Below, piece by piece: positions 44,213 to 53,951 of a DNA stretch of 64,000 nt. The position numbers were made by a program, and so were the translations under genes. The DNA is taken from positions 78,758 to 142,757 of the forward strand of contig JAAYDC010000012.1 in the NCBI GenBank assembly GCA_012729455.1. The letters are read 5' to 3'. The number at the start of each line of letters is the position of its first letter. Position 1 is the first letter of the stretch. Below the pieces are notes generated by a model, which saw only the letters and a list, made by a program, of their open reading frames with translations, was not told where the DNA came from and did no database searches. This DNA is from Chloroflexota bacterium (GTDB taxonomy: Bacteria; Chloroflexota; Anaerolineae; UBA1429).

Positions 44213-44234
44213 ATACCCAAGAACGGAGGGCAGC

Positions 44235-45419
44235 ATGAAACCCTTATCGCGTACAGCAACCAGCTTTGATCGGTCACCGATCCGTGCCATGCTGGACACC
44301 GCCGCTGCTTATCCCAAGGCCATTCACCTGGAGCTCGGTCAGCCCGATTTCGGCACCCCGCCGCACGTTGTGGAGGCTGCTGTCTCGGCTGCGCGCAATG
44401 CCTACACCGGCTACACCGCCAACGCCGGCATGCTGGCGCTGCGCGAATCGATCGTTCGCAAGCTGCGCCGCATCAACAAGCTCGACGTCGGACCCGAAAA
44501 TATCATCGTGACGGTTGGCGCCATGCAGGCTGTTTATGCCTCGATGGCGGTGCTGCTCGATCCTGGCGACGAGATCCTGATCCCTGACCCCGGCTATGGC
44601 AACTTTGTGATGGCCGCATCCTTACTCAATGCCACCAGTGTGCGCTATCTGACGATCCCCGAGCGCGATTTCGTGCCCGATTTTGAGGCTCTCGAATCCT
44701 TGGTGACGCCACGCACGCGCGTAATGCTGGTCAACAGCCCTTCCAACCCGACCGGCGCGGTTTACGACGAGGCAACTCTGAAAGCCTGCCTCGATTTTTG
44801 CCGGCGCCACGACATCTATATGCTTTCGGACGAGACCTATGACGAGCTGGTCTTTGAGGGTCAGCATTACAGCCCGGCCCAGTGGGATACCGAAGGGCGC
44901 GTGATCAGCGTCTTTACGGTATCAAAAACCTTTGCCATGACGGGATGGCGGGTGGGGTATGCGGTTGCAAGCCCCTCGATCATTACCGTGATGAGCAAGG
45001 TCCAGGAGCCGATCGTCTCGTGTGTCAACACGGTGGCGCAGTATGCTGCCATCGAAGCGCTGGAAGGCGATCAGGCCTGTGTCGATGACATGCGCGAGCA
45101 CTACCGCAAGCGCCGCGATCTGGCGGTGCAGGTGGCACGCGAAAACGACCTGGAAGTATCGTACCCGCACGGGGCCTTTTATATGCTGATCGATATCTCC
45201 AGCCAGCCACTTGGCTCGCTGCCCTTTGCACAGGGTCTCTTAAAAGCCGAGGAAGTAGCGGTCGGCCCGGGCAGCGCCTTTGGGCAACTGTGCGACCGCT
45301 ACATCCGCATCTCGCTGTGTGCCAGCGAAACTGACCTGCGCGAGGGGATCATGCGCATCGGCAGGTACCTCAAACGCGTCAGCAAACCTGAGGCAGTGGC
45401 CGTTAATCAGGCCGGGTAG
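44235..45419 (+). CDS. class I/II pyridoxal-phosphate-dependent aminotransferase (aspartate aminotransferase-like)
   Basis: SPIRAML, NPTGAVY and the PLP-lysine block SVSKTFAMTGWRVGY. GGAGGG RBS before ATG 44235. Confidence 0.9.
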   Translation: MKPLSRTATSFDRSPIRAMLDTAAAYPKAIHLELGQPDFGTPPHVVEAAVSAARNAYTGYTANAGMLALRESIVRKLRRINKLDVGPENIIVTVGAMQAVYASMAVLLDPGDEILIPDPGYGNFVMAASLLNATSVRYLTIPERDFVPDFEALESLVTPRTRVMLVNSPSNPTGAVYDEATLKACLDFCRRHDIYMLSDETYDELVFEGQHYSPAQWDTEGRVISVFTVSKTFAMTGWRVGYAVASPSIITVMSKVQEPIVSCVNTVAQYAAIEALEGDQACVDDMREHYRKRRDLAVQVARENDLEVSYPHGAFYMLIDISSQPLGSLPFAQGLLKAEEVAVGPGSAFGQLCDRYIRISLCASETDLREGIMRIGRYLKRVSKPEAVAVNQAG

Positions 45420-46438
45420 CTCTCGAGCGGACCCCAGCCAGCCTCGATAAACTGCGAGAGGGTGCGCTGGGTCAGACCAAAGGAGAGAAAATCTGCCACG
45501 GCAATGCCATCGGGGGCATACGCGCGCACAAAATCCGGAATCTGGCTCAGACGCGCAAGCACATCCTCTGCCACCGGCACCTCGATGCGCTCCTCATGCG
45601 CCAGGTTGGCGTCCAGGATCATCTTTTGCACCTTGGGGTGGATCGACATCACCAGCCGTCCGCCGGCCAGCTCCTGCATCTGGTTGACGCCGCGCAAGGC
45701 CGCCGGCAGCAGCGTGGCACGGTAGCTGCGCTCTTTAAAGAGCTTGCCAGCGCGCTTGACGACCGCAATACCTGCCTGCTCGACATCGCCCGGCTCGAGC
45801 CGCACCTGGCGATCAGCCGCGATTTCGCGCAAATAGTCATCCAATCTCCCGACCATTACCACCGCAAAGCACTGCCCCGGCCGGATGCCGGCCTTTTCGG
45901 CCCGCGCCCTGCCCTTTTCGTATCGCTCTGCGACCGCCAGCACCTGCGACACAGTAAAGCTGATCGTACCCGTCACCGTGATGCCTTCCGCTGCGCAGTC
46001 CTCCAGCACATCCAGACCAGCCGCCGTGACCGGCAACTTGACGGCGATATTGGGGGCGATGGCATGAAAGCGGCGCGCCATGGTCAGCATCGGCTCGCTT
46101 TCGCCGGCGCGCGAAGGGTTCACCTGAGCGCAGACATAGCCATCCACGCCATCCGAAGCGCGATATACCGGTTCCAGACGTGCCGCCGTCTCGCGCACCA
46201 CCAGCGTTACCAGGCGCTGGGCGCGTTCCTCGGGAGCGATATCACTCATGAGGAGCTTGGCGCTCTGCCAATGGGCTGGGTCATCCTTGAGGGCGCGTGC
46301 TGTCAGCACCGGATTGGTGGTAACCCCGCAGATGCCCATCTCCTGGGCGCGCGTTACCTCGGCTGGAGTCGCGGAATCGTTCCACCATTTGGTGATGGTG
46401 TTGTTTACAAGCCAGTCAAAATAGGTTGCAGCTGTCAT
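45407..46438 (-). CDS. tal: transaldolase family protein
   Basis: Start at ATG 46438 (MTAATYFDWL...). GVTTNPVL and the Schiff-base lysine block NIAVKLPVT are present. The longer ORF-track start (46963) would overlap the mannosidase gene. Confidence 0.85.
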   Translation of the reverse strand: MTAATYFDWLVNNTITKWWNDSATPAEVTRAQEMGICGVTTNPVLTARALKDDPAHWQSAKLLMSDIAPEERAQRLVTLVVRETAARLEPVYRASDGVDGYVCAQVNPSRAGESEPMLTMARRFHAIAPNIAVKLPVTAAGLDVLEDCAAEGITVTGTISFTVSQVLAVAERYEKGRARAEKAGIRPGQCFAVVMVGRLDDYLREIAADRQVRLEPGDVEQAGIAVVKRAGKLFKERSYRATLLPAALRGVNQMQELAGGRLVMSIHPKVQKMILDANLAHEERIEVPVAEDVLARLSQIPDFVRAYAPDGIAVADFLSFGLTQRTLSQFIEAGWGPLESYPA

Positions 46439-46558
46439 GGCGTCCCTCACGAGCGTTTGAGTATATTTTAGCGCGCCGACGGCGCACTGCAAGCGCGCTT
46501 CTGTCGGCCGCCAAAGCATGCTATAATCGATCACAGCAAGCACTCTATGAGGTGAACT

Positions 46559-49018
46559 ATGCCGACTTATTCCGCCGAACACCCCCTGACGATCCACATG
46601 ATCGGCAATGCCCATATCGACCCGGTCTGGCTGTGGCCCATGTCCGAGGGCCAAGACGAGGTCCTCGGCTCGTACCGCACCGCCATCATGCTGCTGCGCG
46701 AGTTTGACAGCTATGTCTTTTCGAGCGGCGGAGCCGTCACCTATAAATGGGTAGAAGAGCGCGACCCAGCCCTGTTTGCCGAGATCCAGCAGGCGGTCGC
46801 CGACGGCCGCTGGGCGCTGGTGAACGGCTGGTGGCTGCAGCCGGATTGCAACATCCCGGGGGGAGAGTCGTTTGCGCGTCACGCTCTCTACGGCCAACGC
46901 TATCTGCAGCGGGCCTTTGGCAAGCGCGCCGTAGTTGGCTACAACGTCGATTCGTTCGGCCACGCTGCCACCCTGCCGCAGCTCTTAAAGCTGGCTGGGC
47001 TGGACTACTATGTGTTCTTCCGGCCGGGACCGCACGAAAAAGAGCTCCCTGGCGGACCCTTTTGGTGGGTAGCGCCGGGCGGGCAGCGTGTGCTGGCCTG
47101 CCGTCCGCCGCTGCACTACCCCAGCGGACCCGAGGCGATCATGCTCGAGCGCGTGCGTGAGGCTGCCAAGTTGGCGCCCCAGGGACAGGACCGCATCATG
47201 TGCTTTTATGGGGTCGGCAACCATGGCGGCGGACCCACCCGTCAACAAGTGCTCCAGATCATGGAGATCAACGCCCAAGACCCCAGCCTGAAGCCGGTCT
47301 TTTCCAGCCCGGACACTTACTTTACAGCCATGCATGCCCTCGGCGAGGATTGGCCGGTGGTTGAGGATGAGCTGCAGCATCATGCGCGCGGCTGCTATAG
47401 CGTCCTTTCGCGCGTCAAGGCCGAAAACCGCGAGCTGGAGCATCAATTGATGGCCGCTGAGCGCCTGGCAGCTTTTACTGGCAGCAGCAGCGTGCAGGCG
47501 GCTCTCGAGGATGCCTGGCAGGGGGTGCTTTTTAACCAGTTCCACGACATCATGGCGGGCACCTCGATCCGCACTGCCTACGAAGACGTCTGGCAGCTGT
47601 ATGCACATGCCCGCGATATCAGCCTCCGCCTGGGGAGTGCCGCACGCCAGGCGCTCGCCCGTGAGTTGCGGATAGAAGAGCGCGGCCAAGCCTTGGTGGT
47701 CTGGAACAGCCTGCCGTGGGCGCGCAGCACGGCGGTGCAGTTCGAGGTGCGCATGGGCGGATGGGGCCGCAGTTGGCGAGACGTGCCGGGCACCCCGCGC
47801 ATCACGGATGCCAAGGGCAATGAGCTGCCGAGCCAGCTCCTGAGCATCGAGTTTGACCTCAACGCCTACATCGCACATATCGAGGCGCTCGTCGACGTAC
47901 CGGCTCTGGGCGCTGTGCCGATCTATGCCGAGGTTCCGGTGGTGCAGGCCGCCGCACACAGCCCCGAAGCGCAACCGGGCAATACACTCGTCAACGACGC
48001 CTGGCAGCTGACGCTGGATGCCGAGACCGGCGCCATCTGCAGCCTGGTCGAGCGCGCCAGCGGTGCCGAGCTTCTAGGCGGCCCGGCCGGTGTGGCGTTA
48101 GTGGTCGATGACCCCAGCGACACCTGGAGTCACGACATCGCGTCGTTTCGCAATGTGATAGGGCAGTTCAAGGCCCAGTCGGCTCCAGTAGTGGTGCACG
48201 ACGGCCCGACGCGCCGCACATTGCGGGTTATCAGCAGCTGGGGCAGCTCGACGATCACCTCGCAATGCACCGTACGCCCTGGCCAGACGGCCATCGAGCT
48301 GGAGATGGAGATCGACTGGCACGAAGAGTTAAAGATGCTCAAACTGGCCTTCCCGCTGGGGGTGCAGGACGCAAGTGTTACCGCTTCTGCCCCGTATGGC
48401 ATGATCACGCGCCAGCCTAACGGCGAAGAAGAGCCCTGCCAAGCCTGGGTAGATCTCTCCGGCATGCTTGAGGGCGGACAGGGCGGCTTGTGCTGCATCA
48501 CCGACAGCAAGTACGGCTACGATGCTCTGGATAGCGAGCTGCGCCTTTCGATCTTGCGCAGCCCGATCTATGCTTTCCACGATCCGCGCAAGGTTGTGGA
48601 GGGGGTCGACTATCACTTTATCGACCAGGGCAAGCAAGTGGTGCGCCTGCTGCTGATTCCGCATCGCGGCGATTGGCGAGATGCCAATCCCGACCGCGCC
48701 AGCTATGCCATGCTGGAACCTCTCACGGCTGAGCCGATCAGGCAGAGCCAGGGCGGCACAGATCAGGTCTCGTACCTGGCAGTGCAGCCGGAGAATCTGG
48801 TGGTCTCGGTGGTCAAGCGCAGTGAAGAGAGAGGCGAACTGCTGGTGCGCGGTTATGAGACGGCCGGCACGGCCTGTGAAGCCCTGCTGCATTCGCCCGC
48901 GCTGGGGCGCAGATGGCGGGCCTCCATCGGCGCGCACGAGATCTTTACCTTGCGGCTGGCTGATACCGGCGGTGAGACAGAAAAACTGAACCTGCTAGAA
49001 GAGCCGCTGCCCGCATGA
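46559..49018 (+). CDS. GH38 alpha-mannosidase
   Basis: IGNAHIDPVWLWP, NGWWLQPDCNIPGGES, VDSFGH and QFHDI motifs. 819 aa. Confidence 0.9.
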   Translation: MPTYSAEHPLTIHMIGNAHIDPVWLWPMSEGQDEVLGSYRTAIMLLREFDSYVFSSGGAVTYKWVEERDPALFAEIQQAVADGRWALVNGWWLQPDCNIPGGESFARHALYGQRYLQRAFGKRAVVGYNVDSFGHAATLPQLLKLAGLDYYVFFRPGPHEKELPGGPFWWVAPGGQRVLACRPPLHYPSGPEAIMLERVREAAKLAPQGQDRIMCFYGVGNHGGGPTRQQVLQIMEINAQDPSLKPVFSSPDTYFTAMHALGEDWPVVEDELQHHARGCYSVLSRVKAENRELEHQLMAAERLAAFTGSSSVQAALEDAWQGVLFNQFHDIMAGTSIRTAYEDVWQLYAHARDISLRLGSAARQALARELRIEERGQALVVWNSLPWARSTAVQFEVRMGGWGRSWRDVPGTPRITDAKGNELPSQLLSIEFDLNAYIAHIEALVDVPALGAVPIYAEVPVVQAAAHSPEAQPGNTLVNDAWQLTLDAETGAICSLVERASGAELLGGPAGVALVVDDPSDTWSHDIASFRNVIGQFKAQSAPVVVHDGPTRRTLRVISSWGSSTITSQCTVRPGQTAIELEMEIDWHEELKMLKLAFPLGVQDASVTASAPYGMITRQPNGEEEPCQAWVDLSGMLEGGQGGLCCITDSKYGYDALDSELRLSILRSPIYAFHDPRKVVEGVDYHFIDQGKQVVRLLLIPHRGDWRDANPDRASYAMLEPLTAEPIRQSQGGTDQVSYLAVQPENLVVSVVKRSEERGELLVRGYETAGTACEALLHSPALGRRWRASIGAHEIFTLRLADTGGETEKLNLLEEPLPA

Positions 49019-49026
49019 ACAGCAAC

Positions 49027-49053
49027 TGCAACCTTCATACGGTAAAAAGCGTC
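49027..49053 (+). promoter_or_regulatory. candidate ECF-type promoter (TGCAAC, 17 nt, CGTC)
   Basis: An AAC...CGT architecture typical of ECF sigma-dependent promoters. It sits 34 nt upstream of the membrane-protein/sigma/anti-sigma operon. Confidence 0.4.
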
Positions 49054-49086
49054 TTATACTATGGAAGCCTCTCGCAAGGAGGAGAG

Positions 49087-49509
49087 ATGAATCTTTCACT
49101 CCTCTCGCTTTTCGCTGTAATCTGGCTCCTTCTGGTGACGGTGCTCTTGTTCCTGACACTGCACCGCTACTTGGCTTTCAAGGAGCGTGTCGCACTCGCC
49201 CAGTTGGGCTATACCAGCGAGTCACTCGAGCAGGATATCCCTCGGCGAAGCGGAAAACGGGGCGTGTTGTGGGGAGGCATTCTGACCGCGATGAGCGGAC
49301 TGGCGCTCTTGCTGGGGCTATCAACCCTGGGGATGGGCGTCTGGCTACTCGGGGGATTGGTACCCCTGTTTATCGGCATTGGTCTGGTGCTCATCTATTT
49401 TCTGCTGGGGAATGCACCCGAAGTACCTGCTCCTGAGCTCACGGCAGAAACAAATGACCAGCCGCCAGAGGATGTGCCGGTAGATGAGCACCATACTGCA
49501 GCGCTTTAG
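49087..49509 (+). CDS. small membrane protein (3 TM) with acidic tail
   Basis: AGGAGG RBS before ATG 49087. MNLSLLSLFAVIWLLLVTVLLF... followed by two more helices. Confidence 0.55.
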   Translation: MNLSLLSLFAVIWLLLVTVLLFLTLHRYLAFKERVALAQLGYTSESLEQDIPRRSGKRGVLWGGILTAMSGLALLLGLSTLGMGVWLLGGLVPLFIGIGLVLIYFLLGNAPEVPAPELTAETNDQPPEDVPVDEHHTAAL

Positions 49510-49541
49510 GCAGTCCACCTGGGGCGGAAAGCAGTGTCGCA

Positions 49542-50096
49542 GTGGTTGATGTCGACCAGGCGCTGATCGCACGCTGCCAAAGAGGCGATGCAGCGGCTTT
49601 TGCTGACCTGGTCGCAATCACGCAGAACTCGGTCTTTAATATGGCGTATCGTATTCTGAGCAATCGCGAAGATGCTCAGGATGCCGCCCAAGAGGTGTAT
49701 GTGCGCGTATGGCAGGGGTTGCCAGGGTATCGTAGCGACAGCAAGTTCAGCACCTGGCTTTATCGGGTCACAGTCAACACCTGCCTGAACCGCAAACGCC
49801 AGCTGCGTCGTGAGCTGCTCACCGTGGAGGATGACGCTATCCTTGAGACTGTGCCCGAGCCGTCTGCCGACCCGCTGCACGAGACGCTGCGCAACGAGTG
49901 GTCGAACCGCATCTGGAAGGCTGTGGATGCGCTGAGTGACAAATACCGACTGGTGATTACGTTGTTTTATCAAGAAGAACTTTCATATGCCGAAATCGCT
50001 GGGTTACTGACCTTGCCAATCGGCACCGTCAAGGCGCATCTTAACCGTGCACGCCTGGCACTGGCCAAATCGCTGAGTGCCAATGGAGCTCTATGA
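49542..50096 (+). CDS. ECF-type RNA polymerase sigma factor (sigma-70 family, regions 2 and 4)
   Basis: DAQDAAQEVYVRVW, FSTWLYRVTVNTCLN and SYAEIAGLLTLPIGTVKAHLNRAR. GTG start. Confidence 0.9.
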   Translation: MVDVDQALIARCQRGDAAAFADLVAITQNSVFNMAYRILSNREDAQDAAQEVYVRVWQGLPGYRSDSKFSTWLYRVTVNTCLNRKRQLRRELLTVEDDAILETVPEPSADPLHETLRNEWSNRIWKAVDALSDKYRLVITLFYQEELSYAEIAGLLTLPIGTVKAHLNRARLALAKSLSANGAL

Positions 50097-50686
50097 AGAA
50101 CAAGCTGCATCCAACCGATGACCTGGCCCAGTTTATCGCCGATGGCGAGCCTTCCACGATTGCCTATCAGGCGCTGCGTTCGCACCTGGCGAGCTGCCCC
50201 TCTTGCCAGGTCCTGGCAGAGCATCTGCGCATGACCGAGGATGCTTTACACAGCATGCCGTTGGTGGGGGTAAGCCCGGCACTGCGCCCCAACGTCGCTA
50301 TGATCATCAAGCGCGAACAGGCCAGCATCCCTGAATGGAAGCCCTTCCCCAAGATGGTCTGGATCCCTACCGCTGCTCTGCTGGCAGTTACGGTCGCCGC
50401 GCTGGTGCTGGCGCCCGCCGGCGGAGCCACACCGGTGCCCATCTCGCTGCATGGCTCTGAAGTCACCTCAGTCAACGACTTGATCAGCGAGTTAATGTCG
50501 GTCAACTTGAACCTTAACAGCGAAACACTGCTGACGATCGGCAGTGCCGTGGCTTCGATCCTGGGCGGCGCCGGGCTCCTGTGGTCGCTTTCGTCGCTGA
50601 ATGCCGACGACCGTGACCGCCTGCATGATATGAACGCGCGTTTAAGCCAGGGCGCCAGCCACTGGCTGCATCCCAAGCGCGACTGA
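50093..50686 (+). CDS. anti-sigma factor (zf-HC2 type) with one TM helix
   Basis: ATGA overlap with the sigma gene. HLASCPSCQVLAEHL zinc motif, and TM VWIPTAALLAVTVAALVLA. Confidence 0.75.
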   Translation: MKNKLHPTDDLAQFIADGEPSTIAYQALRSHLASCPSCQVLAEHLRMTEDALHSMPLVGVSPALRPNVAMIIKREQASIPEWKPFPKMVWIPTAALLAVTVAALVLAPAGGATPVPISLHGSEVTSVNDLISELMSVNLNLNSETLLTIGSAVASILGGAGLLWSLSSLNADDRDRLHDMNARLSQGASHWLHPKRD

Positions 50687-50696
50687 TCCAGCTGAT

Positions 50697-50724
50697 TTGC
50701 CACTGGCCCTCTCTTGACCATAAT
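50697..50724 (+). promoter_or_regulatory. candidate sigma70-type promoter for the aconitase-icd operon
   Basis: TTGCCA, 16 nt, CATAAT, 65 nt upstream of ATG 50790. Confidence 0.35.
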
Positions 50725-50789
50725 AAGTGGACGCTTCTCTCTCCGCCCTCGACGCAGAGGCTGCGCAGGCGACCACCGAAAGGATCAAG

Positions 50790-52718
50790 ATGGGTGATAA
50801 CCTCACAACCAAAATGCTCCGTGCGCATCTCGTGGATGGCGAACTCGTGGCTGGCAGCGAAATCGGCATCCGCATCGACCAGACCCTCACACAGGACGCC
50901 ACCGGTACGATGGCCTATCTGCAGTTCGAGGCCCTCGGGCGTGACCGTGTCGCCACCGAGCTTTCTGTCAGCTATGTCGACCACAACATGCTGCAGAGCG
51001 ACAATAAAAACCCCGACGATCACCGCTTTTTACAGTCGGTAGCGGCGCGCTATGGCATCTACTATTCGCGGCCCGGCAACGGCATCTGCCATCAGGTGCA
51101 TCTGGAGCGTTTTAGTGTACCCGGCAAAACCCTGTTGGGGTCTGATAGCCACACCCCTACCAGCGGCGGCCTCGGGATGCTCGCGATCGGCGCCGGCGGG
51201 CTGGACGTGGCCATCGCTATGGGCGGCGCGCCCTTTTACCTCAATATGCCGCGCATTTTGCGGGTGTGGCTGACGGGGCAACTGCCGGAGTGGTCATCCG
51301 CCAAGGATGTAATCCTCGAGCTGCTGCGGCGCCTGAGCGTCAAGGGCGGAGTGGGCAAGGTGATCGAGTATTGCGGGCCGGGTGTGAAATCGCTGAGCAT
51401 CCCGCAGCGTGCCACTATCACCAATATGGGCGCCGAGCTGGGCGCCACCACCTCGATATTTCCCAGTGATGAGGTAACGCGCACCTATCTGGCAGCTCAG
51501 CAGCGTGCTGAGGTCTGGCAGGCGCTGGTCGCCGACGAGGACGCGACCTATGACGAATCGGTCGAGATCGACCTCGGCGTGCTTGAGCCGTTGATTGCCC
51601 AGCCGCACAGCCCTGACGCCGTGACGGCGGTGCGCAACGTGGCTGGTACCAGTGTGCAGCAGGTCTGCATCGGCAGCTGCACCAACTCGTCGGTGGCGGA
51701 TATGGAGACTGTGGCAGCCATGCTCAAGGGCAAGTCGGTGCATCCGCAGGTCTCGCTCACGATCAACCCGGGCAGCAAGCAGGTGTTCGAGATGATTGCG
51801 CGCAGCGGTGCCCTGAGCGACCTTATCGCCGCCGGTGCGCGCATCCTGGAGGCCGGCTGCGGGCCGTGCATCGGTATGGGCCAGGCGCCCGCCAGCGGAT
51901 CTATCTCGGTGCGTTCGTTCAACCGCAACTTTCCAGGGCGCTCTGGCACGGCGGATGCCAGCATCTACCTGGCGAGCGCCGAGGTGTGCGCCGCGACTGC
52001 CATCACGGGCGTGATCACCGATCCGCGCGACTTGGGCAACAAGCTGGCCATCAAAGTGCCCGAGGCCTACCTGGTTGATGACAACATGATCATCCCGCCT
52101 GTCGCGGATGGCGCCGCCACCGAGATCGTGCGCGGTTCCAACATCAAGCCCCTGCCAGTGCGCGGCAGGCTGGATGAGCCTATTACTGGCGAGGTGCTGC
52201 TGGTAACAGGCGATAACGTCTCGACCGATGATATCATGATGGCGGGCGCGCAGGTACTGCCGCTGCGCTCCAACATCCCGGCGATGAGCGCCTTTGCCTT
52301 TGTGTGCCTGGATCCTACCCTGCCCGAGCGTGCCAAAGCCGCCGGCGGGGGTATCATCGTGGGCGGCGAAAACTATGGTCAAGGCTCCAGCCGCGAGCAT
52401 GCCGCGCTGGTGCCGATGTATTTGGGCATCCGTGCAGTGATCGCCAAGAGCTTTGCGCGCATCCACCTCGCCAACCTGCTAAACTTTGGCATCCTGCCAC
52501 TCACTTTGGCCAACCCGGAGGATATCGCCCTGTGCGGCAAAGGCGACGAGATGGAGGTTGCCAACATCGCCGAGAGCTTGCAGGCGGGCATCCCCCTGAC
52601 GGTACGTAACCAGAGCACCGGCAAGTCGTTCGAGGCTAACTGCCGCTTGACCGCGCGCCAGGTGCGCATCCTGCTGGCGGGAGGTCTGTTGAACCTGGTC
52701 AAGGGAACAACGTCCTAG
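50790..52718 (+). CDS. acn: aconitate hydratase (short, ~640-aa Aquifex/Thermus-like type)
   Basis: [18 protein letters not shown], Fe-S ligands IGSCTNS and GCGPCIGMG, swivel domain [14 protein letters not shown]. Start at ATG 50790. Confidence 0.9.
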   Translation: MGDNLTTKMLRAHLVDGELVAGSEIGIRIDQTLTQDATGTMAYLQFEALGRDRVATELSVSYVDHNMLQSDNKNPDDHRFLQSVAARYGIYYSRPGNGICHQVHLERFSVPGKTLLGSDSHTPTSGGLGMLAIGAGGLDVAIAMGGAPFYLNMPRILRVWLTGQLPEWSSAKDVILELLRRLSVKGGVGKVIEYCGPGVKSLSIPQRATITNMGAELGATTSIFPSDEVTRTYLAAQQRAEVWQALVADEDATYDESVEIDLGVLEPLIAQPHSPDAVTAVRNVAGTSVQQVCIGSCTNSSVADMETVAAMLKGKSVHPQVSLTINPGSKQVFEMIARSGALSDLIAAGARILEAGCGPCIGMGQAPASGSISVRSFNRNFPGRSGTADASIYLASAEVCAATAITGVITDPRDLGNKLAIKVPEAYLVDDNMIIPPVADGAATEIVRGSNIKPLPVRGRLDEPITGEVLLVTGDNVSTDDIMMAGAQVLPLRSNIPAMSAFAFVCLDPTLPERAKAAGGGIIVGGENYGQGSSREHAALVPMYLGIRAVIAKSFARIHLANLLNFGILPLTLANPEDIALCGKGDEMEVANIAESLQAGIPLTVRNQSTGKSFEANCRLTARQVRILLAGGLLNLVKGTTS

Positions 52719-52725
52719 AGGAGTC

Positions 52726-53748
52726 GTGATGAGTTACACAGTTACTCTGATCCCTGGAGATGGCATCGGCCCCGAGGTCAGCTCAGCCATGCAGCGCGTG
52801 ATCGACGCCACGGGCGTCAAGATCGAGTGGGAGGTCCAACTGGCCGGCGAAGCCGTCATCGAGCGCTATGGCACACCGCTGCCCGAGCATGTGCTCGAAT
52901 CGATACGCCGCAACAAGGTGGGCATCAAGGGGCCCATCACCACGCCAGTAGGCAAGGGCTTTCGCAGCGTGAATGTGGCTTTGCGCAAGGCGCTCGACCT
53001 GTACGCCAACCTGCGCCCAGCCGTATCGTTCGAGGGTGTACCGGCACCGTATCAAGGCGTCGATCTGGTGGTGGTGCGCGAAAACACCGAGGGGCTCTAT
53101 TCCAGCATCGAGCACGAGGTGATCGCCGGCGAGGCGGCTGAGGCGATCCGCATCATCACGCGGCGCGCCAGCGAACGCATCGTGCGCTTTGCCTTTGACT
53201 ATGCCGTCAAGCACGGACGAAAGCAGGTCACGGCGGTGCACAAGGGCAACATCTTAAAGGTCACCGACGGGCTGTACCTGAACACTGCCAAACAGGTAGC
53301 GGCAGAATACCCGCAGATCGCTTTTAACGACCGCATTATCGATAACTGCTGCATGCAGCTGGTACAGCGTCCGCACGAATACGATGTGCTGGTGCTGACG
53401 AATATGTTTGGCGACATCGTCTCGGATCTGTGCGCCGGGCTGGTGGGCGGACTGGGAGTGACCCCGGGCGCCAACATCGGCGTGGATACCGCGGTGTTCG
53501 AGCCGGTGCATGGCTCGGCACCAAAGTACACCGGACAGAACAAGGTCAATCCGGTGGCGACGATTCGCAGCGGTGTGATGATGCTCGAGTACCTCGGCGA
53601 AACCGAGGCGGCCGCGCGCGTCGAGAGCGCTGTACGCAAAGTGATCCGCGAGGGCAAGTCCGTGACTTACGACCTGAAAGCGCACCGTGACGACCCCACG
53701 GCGGTCGGCACCCAGGAAATGGCCGACGCGATCATCGCCGCGTTGTAA
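52726..53748 (+). CDS. icd: NAD-dependent isocitrate (or homoisocitrate) dehydrogenase, beta-decarboxylating dehydrogenase family
   Basis: [24 protein letters not shown] and [10 protein letters not shown] motifs. 340 aa. GTGATG start (52726 or 52729). Confidence 0.85.
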   Translation: MMSYTVTLIPGDGIGPEVSSAMQRVIDATGVKIEWEVQLAGEAVIERYGTPLPEHVLESIRRNKVGIKGPITTPVGKGFRSVNVALRKALDLYANLRPAVSFEGVPAPYQGVDLVVVRENTEGLYSSIEHEVIAGEAAEAIRIITRRASERIVRFAFDYAVKHGRKQVTAVHKGNILKVTDGLYLNTAKQVAAEYPQIAFNDRIIDNCCMQLVQRPHEYDVLVLTNMFGDIVSDLCAGLVGGLGVTPGANIGVDTAVFEPVHGSAPKYTGQNKVNPVATIRSGVMMLEYLGETEAAARVESAVRKVIREGKSVTYDLKAHRDDPTAVGTQEMADAIIAAL

Positions 53749-53762
53749 TGCTCTATGCTTAC

Positions 53763-53794
53763 GGGGCCTGCCGTTGAGCAGGCCCCGCTTTGTT
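53763..53794 (+). terminator. intrinsic terminator after icd
   Basis: 9-bp GC-rich stem GGGGCCTGC / GCAGGCCCC, 6-nt loop, followed by GCTTTGTT. Confidence 0.6.
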
Positions 53795-53815
53795 ATAACG
53801 CAACAATAAACATAC

Positions 53816-53844
53816 TTGACATATGCTTATCAATGTTGTATGAT
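53816..53844 (+). promoter_or_regulatory. hrcA operon promoter P1 (TTGACA, 17 nt, TATGAT)
   Basis: Perfect -35, 17-nt spacer, 5/6 -10 (TATGAT vs TATAAT), in an AT-rich intergenic region. Confidence 0.65.
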
Positions 53845-53845
53845 A

Positions 53846-53872
53846 TTAGCAGTCCGGTTGATAGAGTGCTAA
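53846..53872 (+). promoter_or_regulatory. CIRCE operator 1 (TTAGCAGTC-N9-GAGTGCTAA)
   Basis: One mismatch to the TTAGCACTC-N9-GAGTGCTAA consensus. It starts 2 nt after the P1 -10. Confidence 0.85.
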
Positions 53873-53887
53873 AATCCTGATAAATGC

Positions 53888-53916
53888 TTGACAGATATCA
53901 GCTTACCTGCTAGAAT
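53888..53916 (+). promoter_or_regulatory. hrcA operon promoter P2 (TTGACA, 17 nt, TAGAAT)
   Basis: Perfect -35, 17-nt spacer, 5/6 -10 (TAGAAT vs TATAAT), 72 nt downstream of P1. Confidence 0.6.
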
Positions 53917-53941
53917 AGCACTCTGTAGTTTGGACTGCTAA
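53915..53941 (+). promoter_or_regulatory. CIRCE operator 2 (ATAGCACTC-N9-GACTGCTAA)
   Basis: Two mismatches to the CIRCE consensus. It overlaps the last 2 nt of the P2 -10 and ends 10 nt before the hrcA ATG. Confidence 0.75.
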
Positions 53942-53951
53942 GAATCGAACC

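Noticed and set aside
46439-46963. Upstream 175-aa extension of the transaldolase ORF.
   Set aside because: It would overlap the GH38 mannosidase start region and has no transaldolase similarity. Homology begins at MTAATYFDW (ATG 46438).
51294-52466. 390-aa ORF antisense to aconitase. Similar cases are 46985-47974, 8548-9399, 45596-46471 and 124-951.
   Set aside because: All overlap strongly supported genes, have low-complexity Arg/Gly/Ala-rich translations, and lack start-site context. They are treated as non-coding frames.
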